A stretch of 37,473 nt of DNA, from positions 1 through 37,473 of the IMG/VR virus record IMGVR_UViG_3300020043_002771. One strand, written 5' to 3'. The position numbers were made by a program, and so were the translations under genes. Below the pieces are notes generated by a model. It was given only the letters and a program-made list of their open reading frames with translations. It searched no databases and had not been told where the DNA came from. Shown piece after piece: positions 7,664-16,109 of this stretch. The stretch is from a virus (lineage: Duplodnaviria; Caudoviricetes). Each line of letters starts with the position of its first letter. The first letter of the stretch is position 1.

Positions 7664-8317
7664 TCAAAATAATTTTTGCTGAGCGACGTGGTTATTAATA
7701 CGCTCCATCGCTTTGTCAAAATATTCCTTATCTAATTCGCAGGCCGTTAGGTCAAATCCATAATCGTGGCAAGCTATTGCTATACTTCCACTTCCTAAAT
7801 GCGTGTCGAGTATTTTATCGCCTTGCTTTGCATATTTGTCAAGTATCCATTTGTAAAGGGCAACAGGTTTTTGTGTTGGGTGTAATCTTATTTCCTTGTT
7901 TTTCATATCTTGTTGAAGCATTCCACTCCATCTTATTTTTACTTTACGAACTGAAGTATTAAAATTTGTCCAAGCTAATTCACAATCCGCCATACTAAAA
8001 TCTCCATTATCTTTATCCCAAACAATAAAACATGAAGTTGCACCTAAATAATCTAAAAAATAATTGCCGCCCCAAATAATTTGATTTTTTGAAATTCTTA
8101 AAAGTTCATTAAAATAATCTTTATTTGGAATTGAATTGTCCCAATTTTTTATACCATAATTTTTTCTAGGAGCAAAAGATTTTCCTCCATCACCAATTGT
8201 AGAAAACCCATTTTTACTAACCCCAATCCCATAAGGCGGATCTACTATTGCTAAATCAAAATAATTGTCAGGGTATCGAGCCATCAAGGCCATATTGTCT
8301 TCGTTAGTTATTGTCAT
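7664..8317 (-). CDS. N6-adenine/N4-cytosine DNA methyltransferase (beta class), copy 2
   Basis: DPPY, HPTQKP and LDTHLGSGS motifs. C-terminus QQKLF. Confidence 0.92.
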   Translation of the reverse strand: MTITNEDNMALMARYPDNYFDLAIVDPPYGIGVSKNGFSTIGDGGKSFAPRKNYGIKNWDNSIPNKDYFNELLRISKNQIIWGGNYFLDYLGATSCFIVWDKDNGDFSMADCELAWTNFNTSVRKVKIRWSGMLQQDMKNKEIRLHPTQKPVALYKWILDKYAKQGDKILDTHLGSGSIAIACHDYGFDLTACELDKEYFDKAMERINNHVAQQKLF

Positions 8318-9530
8318 TTTGTTTAAATATTTTTAGTGTATAATCTTTTTTTTGCTGCACTGTCTTATAAATATCGTATTCGATTCCGCCTTTTGAGAAA
8401 ACCCAAAAGACCTCGTTATTTAAACGCTCTTTTGTTGTTAGCCTCGCACGGCTTTGCCAGTAACTTGTCGCACTAAAATCGATATTATAGTAAACCAAAT
8501 ACTTTGCATTTTTTAAAGATATCCCTTCCCTGCCGGAAAGTATCTGAAGCGCGATGTTTTTATCGGTTGCGTCGAACTCCTCGACTGAATTTGTCAAGTA
8601 ATCGGCTCCAAATACTTGCAGCAGCGCATCCCATTCGGCCTTGAATTTATAAAAGATTGCGATTTTCTCGCCTTTAAACTTCTCCTTGATAAACTTAGCC
8701 TTTGAGTCATCAATTACTTTAGACGTGCCATCCTCAAATTTACAAGTCCCACTCGATAACTGGTGTATTTTCTGCATGAGCTTCACGCCTGTATCCCCTA
8801 AAATAACTTGCCCTTGTCCATTACGAACGATTAAATCCTTTTTAAGGCGTCGAATGACCTCGTAAGTGATTGGATGCATCTCGCACTCCAGCACCATCTC
8901 GTTGACGCTTGTCGTAAACCCTGCCTCTTTTTGTGTAAAAGTTATAATATACGGCCGTGTGGATCGTCTAACTTGATTCTCTTTTGCGTTTGAGTAGTCC
9001 TTGACAACGGCATAGCCTAAGCGTTTTTCTTTGATGTCGACGTACTCAGCCGCCCACTTATAAAAATTCGCATAGTTTTTGTAAGGCGAGTGATCACTTA
9101 CCCAAAACTGATGGTACCATTGCGAGTAACTCTCGGGCGTTGGCGTTCCACTTAGGAATATCATCGGAAGTTTACTGAAACGCTTTTTAAACTCTTTTGC
9201 CGTTGCGTTTGGCTTAGGAAAGGCACCAAAGCGATGATGTTCGTCATGTATGATTAAATCAAACTCGCCATTGACTAAATGTAAACTCTCATCGTTTATG
9301 ATTGTTAAATCAAAAGTAAACCCGAAGTTGTCGTAGTCCCATTGAATACTGGAGATGGCTTTCTTTTTTGTTAAAAATAATACTCGCTTGGCTGCAAATA
9401 ATTGCGCCGTATTTAAAGCGGTCAAACTCTTGCCAGTTCGCACTTCCATCGCCAAATAGACGATGTGTTTATTTCGCAAAATCTCAACCGCCTCAGCTGA
9501 TATTTTTGTTTGGTAGTCACGCAAAATCAT
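8304..9530 (-). CDS. SF2 (SNF2-like) helicase
   Basis: LRDYQ, Walker A MEVRTGKS, DEHH, LSGTP, SGREGISL and YWQSRAR motifs. Confidence 0.85.
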   Translation of the reverse strand: MILRDYQTKISAEAVEILRNKHIVYLAMEVRTGKSLTALNTAQLFAAKRVLFLTKKKAISSIQWDYDNFGFTFDLTIINDESLHLVNGEFDLIIHDEHHRFGAFPKPNATAKEFKKRFSKLPMIFLSGTPTPESYSQWYHQFWVSDHSPYKNYANFYKWAAEYVDIKEKRLGYAVVKDYSNAKENQVRRSTRPYIITFTQKEAGFTTSVNEMVLECEMHPITYEVIRRLKKDLIVRNGQGQVILGDTGVKLMQKIHQLSSGTCKFEDGTSKVIDDSKAKFIKEKFKGEKIAIFYKFKAEWDALLQVFGADYLTNSVEEFDATDKNIALQILSGREGISLKNAKYLVYYNIDFSATSYWQSRARLTTKERLNNEVFWVFSKGGIEYDIYKTVQQKKDYTLKIFKQNDNN

Positions 9531-10132
9531 CTTAAAATATTTTGATTTACGTGTTTAGTAACTGCCCGAAGTTTACAATTCAAATTGTGAAAGCTAATAA
9601 AATCGTTTAATATTTCATTGTTTATAAAAATACTCGTTTGCTCTTGTACCATTATATTTTTAACCAATTCCTTTGGATTGTATCTTTTTATCCATAGCTC
9701 AAACATTTCGCTAAATTTTAAATCGTAGTGATCAATATTGATATTCTCTTTGGTTAAAATCTCGTCAGATATTGCGCATTTTGTAACGCCAAAAATTACG
9801 TTTTTATTTCTAAAATCTATAATTTCGGGAAGGATTGCAGTTCTGCAAGCTATTTTAATTCGTTCTAAATCGCTTTTACTATTGCCAGCAATTGCAGTTA
9901 AATAGGATATATCGACAACTGTATTGTCAATTCGTTCTATAAAAAAACAACGGTGTTTGTAATTGTCCTGTCCTATAAAAATACGCTTGCCTCCTTGGCC
10001 TCGTTTCTCTTGCCAATTAGGATGATTTTTAAAAACATTTACAAGGAAATCACGCTCCTCAATTATTGTATGATTCAAAGCGTATTTATTTAAAATCAAT
10101 TTACACTGGTCTTTTTGATATTTTTTTGTCAT
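9527..10132 (-). CDS. DCL/DUF3223-like domain protein with a possible HNH-like C-terminus
   Basis: HP..QEKRG.G...RCFFIERID....DISY matches the DCL pattern. The C-terminus has C..S...IDH...FH...LR......N. Confidence 0.65.
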   Translation of the reverse strand: MTKKYQKDQCKLILNKYALNHTIIEERDFLVNVFKNHPNWQEKRGQGGKRIFIGQDNYKHRCFFIERIDNTVVDISYLTAIAGNSKSDLERIKIACRTAILPEIIDFRNKNVIFGVTKCAISDEILTKENINIDHYDLKFSEMFELWIKRYNPKELVKNIMVQEQTSIFINNEILNDFISFHNLNCKLRAVTKHVNQNILR

Positions 10133-10386
10133 TTTAGTAAAAATTTATTAGAAATTCCTTTCGCTAATTGTACGAGCCTGTCGGCTTCGATTGTTTTGCC
10201 AACTAATATTTCCTCGAGCTTGCTCAATTGCTGCTCTAACCTCATCAACTCCTCGCTCTTTTTCACTTGGATTGATTTCTTTTTGTTGCTTTGCCTTGAC
10301 AAGGTCTTGCATTTTTTGTCTAAGGCTGAAAATTCCGCTTGTAACTCGGTCAATTTCAATTTTAATTCGTTCAATTTCTCGCTCAT
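10129..10386 (-). CDS. Small coiled-coil protein
   Basis: Leu heptads in MSEKLNELKLKLTELQAEF. The stop overlaps the next ATG. Confidence 0.55.
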   Translation of the reverse strand: MSEKLNELKLKLTELQAEFSALDKKCKTLSRQSNKKKSIQVKKSEELMRLEQQLSKLEEILVGKTIEADRLVQLAKGISNKFLLK

Positions 10387-10409
10387 CCTGTGTTGATTTT
10401 CCAACGTCG

Positions 10410-12689
10410 CTAAATGGATTCATTTTTTAACTCTTTGATGTATTTATAAATCATTTGAAGTGATACACCTAATTGCTCAGAAACCTCTTTTTTGTTTAGA
10501 TCGGGATTTGCCTCAAATAAAATTTGGAATTTCTCCTTTGTCGATTTGTTTGAGTTTGATTTTATTACCGTTCTAATCTCGGCCACTTCAATCGAGTCGA
10601 TTTTTACCTTTTTAGCCATGGCAATAAAATACTTTGACAATTTCTCGGCCTTTAAAATTGAGTCCTTCGATATCTCCTCAAAGTTGTAGCTATCCAATCC
10701 AATAGCATTAAACGTATGGAGTAAAAGTGCAAAGCGTGGAATGTATGATTTTTGCTTTGGCAACATTGATTTCATATACTCATTTTCCTCGTTTGAGTTT
10801 TGGATGCTTGTAATCTCGTTAAAAATACGCTTCCATTCAATTTTTGCCTCTGCCCCAAATCGAACGATTTTAGGCTCGATATTTCCGTCCTCATCCCTTT
10901 TTATCATCCGATGCTTAACGGCCTCAAAAAACGCAATTATAGTATCGCTATACCATTGGATTGTATTGCTATCCATTTCCCTATCATTGTACTGCTCAAT
11001 AGCTAACTCGGGAAATGATAAAAGCATCCTGTCCATAAAACCATTGTCTTTGTTATCGTCAGTATAAAACGAGTTAAAAATAGTCGGTTGGATGCCTCCG
11101 AGTACTGGGATTAATGGCTTTGCAACAAATGATCCAGCGCGAGTCATTCGGTTGAGGTTTACGGATTTACCGCTCCAAGTTGAAAGCCAAAACTCGAGGT
11201 CGCTTCCTGCCTTATATTTATTCATATCCTTAAACCAACCCGCAAGCTCATCCTTAAAAACGCCAACCGATATATCGTTTTGTTGGTGTAAATCAACCAA
11301 AGCCTCAATTGTTATATCATTGGCAATAAATTGTTTTTTAGTTGGTTTCATAACCTCGGGATATTCCTCTTGCTCCTTCTTTGACAAGTTAGAATAAAAC
11401 TCATATTTCTCGTATTCCTTAATAAAATTCGCAATCTCTCGGTTGTTAATTTTCTCAATTGGGAATATGATGTTTGAGATTGAAGGAGTTTTTCCTATAC
11501 CTGCTTTTCCTACAATTGCAACCCAAATTGTCGCAAGCTCACGCCATCCTTTTTTAACCTCGATTTGCATAGCGTTGCCAATACTTAATGAAATCATCCA
11601 AAGAAGTGAGCAACCCATATAATCAATTGAACTATCCAACGTCTCGGAGCATTCAGAAATATATGATTGAATTGGCTTCGGGAATATATCAATCGGAAAT
11701 TCGAGATCGGATTTATTAATTACAATTTTTTCCTTCGGCTCAAGTGCTTTATTTACTATTCGTGATCCGTAACCTTCGGAATATAATTTAGACGCTGCGG
11801 ATTTCATATCATCATGATGATATTTTCTAGCGTAGGCAGTGAACGGAGTATAAAGAGTTTCGTGTTTATATTGGCTGCCTGTTGAAAATAAATACATAAA
11901 GCCAGTATCTTTAAAAACATAACCCGAATGTGGAGAAGTTGCTCCATGGCGTTTGATTACATATTTTTTTGATAGGTTGCCAACGATTGTAAATTCATCG
12001 CCTATGATTGAGAAAATATCGTTGCGCTGGTTAAAATCATCCCAAGTCGTTAAATCGGATTCAATATAAATTTTTTTATCTCGTTTGATTTCTATGGGTT
12101 TCTCATCAATGTAGTTATACATTTTTGAGAATGTCATTATAATCTCACGGTCATCGTCTGAAATGTAATCGATTTGATGGTAGTTCTTTTTAGATACTTT
12201 ATTCTCGGGATAAGTAAAAATATATCCGCCAACTCCGCGAGTTTCTAAAACGGCTTCCGAGTGGCCTTTAAGTCGAGCCAATTTAATATTTCCCTCTACT
12301 CGTTTCGATTTGTAAAGGATATGATATCCCGCATTTTTAGTTTTGTAAATTACAACCTTATCGTCAAAGTCGAGAATATTGTCACGAAGGTAACCAGTGT
12401 ACTCGTCCCAAAAATCCTTCTGCTCTTTTGCGGTTGAAAAAACTTTCAAATCAATATCGACACATTCGAGGTCATCAAAGCCTGTAACGATTCCAAAATT
12501 GGTAGTTGCAGGAATTTCAGTTTTATCCTTCCTAAAAATACCGCCTTTATAATTATAATGCCGCATGAATTTATCATATTCAAGCCGCTGAGTTTGTTGT
12601 GCCTTCCATGGGAAGTTTGGCACCTTGTCATCGCCAACTGTTATTAGCGAAAAGTTATCATAAAATAACTTGAGTTTGTTTTGATCCAT
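10410..12689 (-). CDS. Bifunctional prim-pol primase fused to a DUF3987-type P-loop domain and C-terminal HTH
   Basis: KVP..PWK, GIVTG...VDID and T...GYHILY (prim-pol); GKAGIGKT and FKDEL (P-loop); terminal KKEVSEQLGVSLQMIYKY (HTH). Confidence 0.88.
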   Translation of the reverse strand: MDQNKLKLFYDNFSLITVGDDKVPNFPWKAQQTQRLEYDKFMRHYNYKGGIFRKDKTEIPATTNFGIVTGFDDLECVDIDLKVFSTAKEQKDFWDEYTGYLRDNILDFDDKVVIYKTKNAGYHILYKSKRVEGNIKLARLKGHSEAVLETRGVGGYIFTYPENKVSKKNYHQIDYISDDDREIIMTFSKMYNYIDEKPIEIKRDKKIYIESDLTTWDDFNQRNDIFSIIGDEFTIVGNLSKKYVIKRHGATSPHSGYVFKDTGFMYLFSTGSQYKHETLYTPFTAYARKYHHDDMKSAASKLYSEGYGSRIVNKALEPKEKIVINKSDLEFPIDIFPKPIQSYISECSETLDSSIDYMGCSLLWMISLSIGNAMQIEVKKGWRELATIWVAIVGKAGIGKTPSISNIIFPIEKINNREIANFIKEYEKYEFYSNLSKKEQEEYPEVMKPTKKQFIANDITIEALVDLHQQNDISVGVFKDELAGWFKDMNKYKAGSDLEFWLSTWSGKSVNLNRMTRAGSFVAKPLIPVLGGIQPTIFNSFYTDDNKDNGFMDRMLLSFPELAIEQYNDREMDSNTIQWYSDTIIAFFEAVKHRMIKRDEDGNIEPKIVRFGAEAKIEWKRIFNEITSIQNSNEENEYMKSMLPKQKSYIPRFALLLHTFNAIGLDSYNFEEISKDSILKAEKLSKYFIAMAKKVKIDSIEVAEIRTVIKSNSNKSTKEKFQILFEANPDLNKKEVSEQLGVSLQMIYKYIKELKNESI

Positions 12690-12804
12690 AAGATTAAAAA
12701 TAAAATCCCTTCAATTTCATCGTGGCAGCGATTACTCTTGAAAGGATTTGTAAAATAATTCCGTAAAAGTAATATATCTGCCAATAAATTACCACACAAA
12801 TATA
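12690..12804 (-). promoter_or_regulatory. Host-type promoter (TATATTTG, 12797-12804) and kissing-loop leader RNA of the primase gene
   Basis: Two hairpins with complementary 6-nt loops TGGCAG and CTGCCA. The second has an AGTA/GAA internal loop and is followed by a T-tract. Confidence 0.7.
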
Positions 12805-12825
12805 GGTATTAATTTTAATAAAACA

Positions 12826-13081
12826 AGCTTTAAACCATTTTAAACTTTTTTAAACTTTTTTTAAACCAAATTAAAAAGTCATTCGTTTGATTTATAGTGT
12901 TTTAACATAAGATTTTAAACTTTTAAACCAAGTTTAAAGGTTTTTTAGTAAAAAAAATTTTTTTTTAAAATAAAAAATAAATCTATTATAAAAATATTTT
13001 AAACTTTAAAAGGTTTAAAGTATTGATTTATAAAGTTTTAAACTGCGAATTTAGTTTAAAATAGTTTAAAATGGTTTAAAG
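12826..13081. repeat. Putative replication origin: AT-rich region with TTTAAAC/GTTTAAA iterons
   Basis: Non-coding, between ssb and primase. Tandem TTTAAAC copies on the left, inverted GTTTAAA copies on the right, A/T tracts in the centre. Confidence 0.7.
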
Positions 13082-13084
13082 AAT

Positions 13085-13109
13085 AAAAAAGGCGATCCGT
13101 AGACCGCCT
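13085..13109 (-). terminator. Probable intrinsic terminator after ssb
   Basis: AGGCG/CGCCT stem followed by T6 on the minus strand. Confidence 0.55.
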
Positions 13110-13133
13110 AATTCAACTATTTAACCAACTTTA

Positions 13134-13808
13134 TTAAAACCCTAAGTCATCAACGTCAACCTCAACCTCGATTTCAGCCACTACTGGCTCCGATTTTGTG
13201 AGGTAACTCTTTAAATAAGCCTCCAAAGTGTTAAACGCTTCGTCGGCAAGGTCGGCCTCCGCTCCATCAAGTGAGCAAAGATATCCGAATTTTGGAGTTG
13301 TGTATTTAACGCTGCCTTTTTTAGCCTCGTCAAAACCAACTACGCTTACCCACTCGTCAACTAAACGGCTTTTACTCTTTGCGGTAAAATCGCCCCACGT
13401 TTGACAGGCTGCTCCTTTTAATTGAATGTTTGCAATCTCGCCACCCTCGAGCATTATATAAATACTCTTAACGTAATGACCGCCTGCAGCCTTTGCTTTC
13501 TCTTTGATGTCTTTGTAAAGACCTCGCGCAATCTCGTTGCCTTTGAATGGCTTAACAATCATTTCATCCTTTGAGATGTACTTAACCTCGTTTGAATAAA
13601 TACCGCTTTCGGTTGCATCGTTCCAACCTTTTACGGTGTGTAGTTCATCGAGAACTAAGAATTTAAACGGAAGCTCAACGCTCACATTTGTCTTTGTCTC
13701 TTTGTCGTAGTAAGCAAACGTTTTCTCGTTGCTTTTCCACTCAAAAAATTTTGTTGCTGGGTTTGTTGTTGGCTGCGAGAATGCAGCGCGTCTGTTTGAA
13801 ATACTCAT
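13134..13808 (-). CDS. Putative single-stranded DNA-binding protein
   Basis: Beta- and aromatic-rich core, acidic tail ending DVDDLGF, next to the origin. Start probably MSISN. Confidence 0.6.
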   Translation of the reverse strand: MSISNRRAAFSQPTTNPATKFFEWKSNEKTFAYYDKETKTNVSVELPFKFLVLDELHTVKGWNDATESGIYSNEVKYISKDEMIVKPFKGNEIARGLYKDIKEKAKAAGGHYVKSIYIMLEGGEIANIQLKGAACQTWGDFTAKSKSRLVDEWVSVVGFDEAKKGSVKYTTPKFGYLCSLDGAEADLADEAFNTLEAYLKSYLTKSEPVVAEIEVEVDVDDLGF

Positions 13809-13880
13809 AATATTATTTTTTTGTGGCACGAAATGAAGCAGCTCGAGCCTTGCTGCGGTTATTATGATAATGCTAAATTA
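13809..13880 (-). promoter_or_regulatory. Leader with an H-type pseudoknot upstream of ssb
   Basis: GCAGC-AA-GGCTCGA-GCTGC-TTCATT-TCGTGCC, then an A-rich spacer to the ATG. Promoter-like TAATTTAG upstream. Confidence 0.55.
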
Positions 13881-14004
13881 CTGATTTATATTTGTCTGAC
13901 AAAATTTTTTTATATAAATCGTTCACTCGTTCGGAATTTACTCCGCGTTTATAGTAAAAATTCATTACTCTGCGGATCCGAGTTAAAGGTGTGAAATTAG
14001 CCAT
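13873..14004 (-). CDS. Small hypothetical protein (43 aa)
   Basis: Hand-translated MANFTPLTRIRRVMNFYYKRGVNSERVNDLYKKIL...; fills a gap in the operon. Confidence 0.5.
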   Translation of the reverse strand: MANFTPLTRIRRVMNFYYKRGVNSERVNDLYKKILSDKYKSVI

Positions 14005-14093
14005 CCGATTGCGGTTAAGATTAGTAAAATAACGGCCGCCTCAAACGCAGCTCGCGTCACAAAGATCAACTCTTTTTTGTTTTGTGGTTTCAT
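13983..14093 (-). CDS. Small membrane peptide (36 aa)
   Basis: Hand-translated MKPQNKKELIFVTRAAFEAAVILLILTAIGWLISHL. Confidence 0.45.
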   Translation of the reverse strand: MKPQNKKELIFVTRAAFEAAVILLILTAIGWLISHL

Positions 14094-14466
14094 AAGTATC
14101 TATTAAATTAATAATTTGTTGCATAAGTTCCTCGTCTTCGATTGGATTGACTCTTTTGAGCATCACAAAGTAGGGCGAGTATTGGTTGATTAGTTGCAGC
14201 CGTAACTCCTCAAGGTCGGGCCTTCTAAATCGCACGTCACTCTCGTATAATTTCACGTTATAAAGTACGGTTGCGTGGTCGTACGGCCTGTGTTGTCGAA
14301 TTACATCGCGAACGTCTACGAGCTTATACTTTAAATCAATACGCAGGATGTAACAAAATAGGCTGCGAGCATCAACGACTGGAAGCGTGCGACCTAACTC
14401 AAACACGTCAACCGATGTGGCGTGTTTGATGTTGGTTGCTATTTCTAAGGCCCTACGATAACTCAT
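14041..14466 (-). CDS. DnaA C-terminal (domain IV)-like DNA-binding protein
   Basis: R...VVDAR..FCYI.R...DHATVLY resembles the DnaA RDHTTV signature. Start probably MSYRR. Confidence 0.7.
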   Translation of the reverse strand: MSYRRALEIATNIKHATSVDVFELGRTLPVVDARSLFCYILRIDLKYKLVDVRDVIRQHRPYDHATVLYNVKLYESDVRFRRPDLEELRLQLINQYSPYFVMLKRVNPIEDEELMQQIINLIDTYETTKQKRVDLCDASCV

Positions 14467-14662
14467 ATAAATCAATATATCGGTATGAATTTGTAAATCC
14501 GCCCCAATCAACAACGACTGGCAGCTCTTGCGTTCTGCGTTTATCTTTTGACTCGTTGCCAATTTCTACAACGTAGCCATACTTATCGCGTGGGTTGTGG
14601 CGATCCTCCAACGATGCGAAAATACTTGTCTCTCTTAATCTTACTTTTTGTCCTACTTGCAT
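14453..14662 (-). CDS. Small SH3-like hypothetical protein
   Basis: MQVGQKVRL...G.VVEI...VDW pattern. Confidence 0.55.
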   Translation of the reverse strand: MQVGQKVRLRETSIFASLEDRHNPRDKYGYVVEIGNESKDKRRTQELPVVVDWGGFTNSYRYIDLYELS

Positions 14663-14686
14663 TTTTTTATTTTTTAAATTATTTAA

Positions 14687-14944
14687 TTATTCTCCCCCCC
14701 AATGTGGTGTTGCTATATCGCAAATAAATCTCGGTGCAAATCCAACCCATTCAGAGCCATCGTAAACAACAGGGAAGTAAACGTAGTTATCTCCCCAAGC
14801 AGTAAAGCTTTTACCTTCTGATCTTCCATAACCAGTATTAAACTTAACGTCTAAATCTTCGTCTGATAATGTGGTTTTCATATTATCAAAATTATCGCCT
14901 GTCTCAATAAAGGCTTCTTTTAACATTTCTCCCCAACTTTCCAT
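14687..14944 (-). CDS. Conserved hypothetical phage protein
   Basis: 85 aa with F..GYG..EG..FTAW...VYFP..YDGSEW. Confidence 0.7.
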   Translation of the reverse strand: MESWGEMLKEAFIETGDNFDNMKTTLSDEDLDVKFNTGYGRSEGKSFTAWGDNYVYFPVVYDGSEWVGFAPRFICDIATPHWGGE

Positions 14945-14948
14945 GATA

Positions 14949-15398
14949 TTAAAATTTTAATGTTATTGATGATTTGCGTGGCGTTACCGATACCTGTGGC
15001 ACCTCGTTACCATACGCGTCGTAAATAATTTGCGTTTGCTTTAAAGCCAATTTCAGCAGCTCCTCGCGCTCTTTAAGGTCGGCCTTGAGTTGCTGATAAA
15101 TCGGATCATCTCCAAAGTTTATCGTTTCGCCTCCGTTTACTGGTGTGAACTCGACACCGTAGCAGGTCATCTTTTCTTCGGGCAAGTGCTTACGCATTTC
15201 CGCGTCGGCTGAATTAACGACCTCTTTAAGTCGGCAAATGTTCGCCATGAACATGTGCTTATCCACTTCGCCGCTCTCGATTACGTTGTCGACCATTCGT
15301 TTGCCTGTTAAGATTGCGTCTTTTTTTGTGAATGATGGCTCGTACATTGTGATGAGTTGTTCTGAATTTTCAAGGAATAGTTTTGCTGATGCTCCCAT
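14949..15398 (-). CDS. Hypothetical replication/recombination-region protein
   Basis: 149 aa ORF with an AT-rich leader. Confidence 0.7.
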   Translation of the reverse strand: MGASAKLFLENSEQLITMYEPSFTKKDAILTGKRMVDNVIESGEVDKHMFMANICRLKEVVNSADAEMRKHLPEEKMTCYGVEFTPVNGGETINFGDDPIYQQLKADLKEREELLKLALKQTQIIYDAYGNEVPQVSVTPRKSSITLKF

Positions 15399-15399
15399 T

Positions 15400-15820
15400 T
15401 TAGTTAAGTTTTAAATAAGCGTTACACATTTTTTTGTTGTCTGAATAGTAAACCGATTTTACGGTCTTGCGCATCCATTTGTCGAACTTCTTGGCCTCTT
15501 TGAGGTCTATTTTTTTTTGCTCCATTTTAATGATATTATTTCGATTGATTGTTTGATTTCGTTTTCAGCGTCTGCTGGTATTAATTTGTGAAGTATTTTT
15601 GTGGCTACTCCTTTGCCAAACTTTGGTTTGCGTCCTGCGTTTCTTTCGTTTCTCATTTTTTAAAAGGTAATTCCTCAATTTTAAAAATTCGTTTATAAAC
15701 TATTGGCGACTGCGTAAACACAAGTAAGGCATCGACAATATTCTCTGCTTTGATTTCGTGTTGATAATCCCAGCATTCATCTCGATGCTCGGCGTAATAA
15801 CTAAAAAGATAAGTTCTCAT
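15400..15820 (-). CDS. Three coupled small early ORFs (about 41, 49 and 55 aa)
   Basis: Hand-translated MRTYLFSYYAEH... (15820-15653), MRNERNAGRKPKFG... (from 15656, possibly DNA-binding) and MEQKKIDLKEAKKFDKW... (from 15525). Confidence 0.5.
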
Positions 15821-16013
15821 ACATTCGGGCCAATCTTAGGCTAATATTAAAGTTAACTGCCATTCTTTTTTTATGCCAACTGTTCATATCCCAACCAAAC
15901 ATTTTTTCGTGTTCGTTAAACCTTCTTAGGTGGTCGTTGTAGCGTCGGTCTGCTTCTTTGTAAGCCTCAAGTATTTTTAAGGCGCGTTCGTGTTTTTTAA
16001 TTTGTTCTTCCAT
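15801..16013 (-). CDS. Hypothetical early protein
   Basis: 70 aa ORF in the early cluster. Confidence 0.6.
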   Translation of the reverse strand: MEEQIKKHERALKILEAYKEADRRYNDHLRRFNEHEKMFGWDMNSWHKKRMAVNFNISLRLARMYENLSF

Positions 16014-16109
16014 TATGATCTAAAAATTAGTTGACCGATAAAATAGGCGGCCATAATTAAACAAAAAATGTACTGCGGTTTGCGATGTTGTAAAAAGTAT
16101 TTCATAGTT

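Noticed and set aside
6555-9530. Restriction-modification or other defence system (MTases, nuclease, helicase)
   Set aside because: VRR-NUC with an SNF2-like helicase is a standard phage replication/recombination pairing, and no cognate restriction enzyme is evident.
12826-13081. CRISPR array or simple low-complexity artefact
   Set aside because: The repeats are 7 nt with no unique spacers, and their symmetry and position fit an origin.
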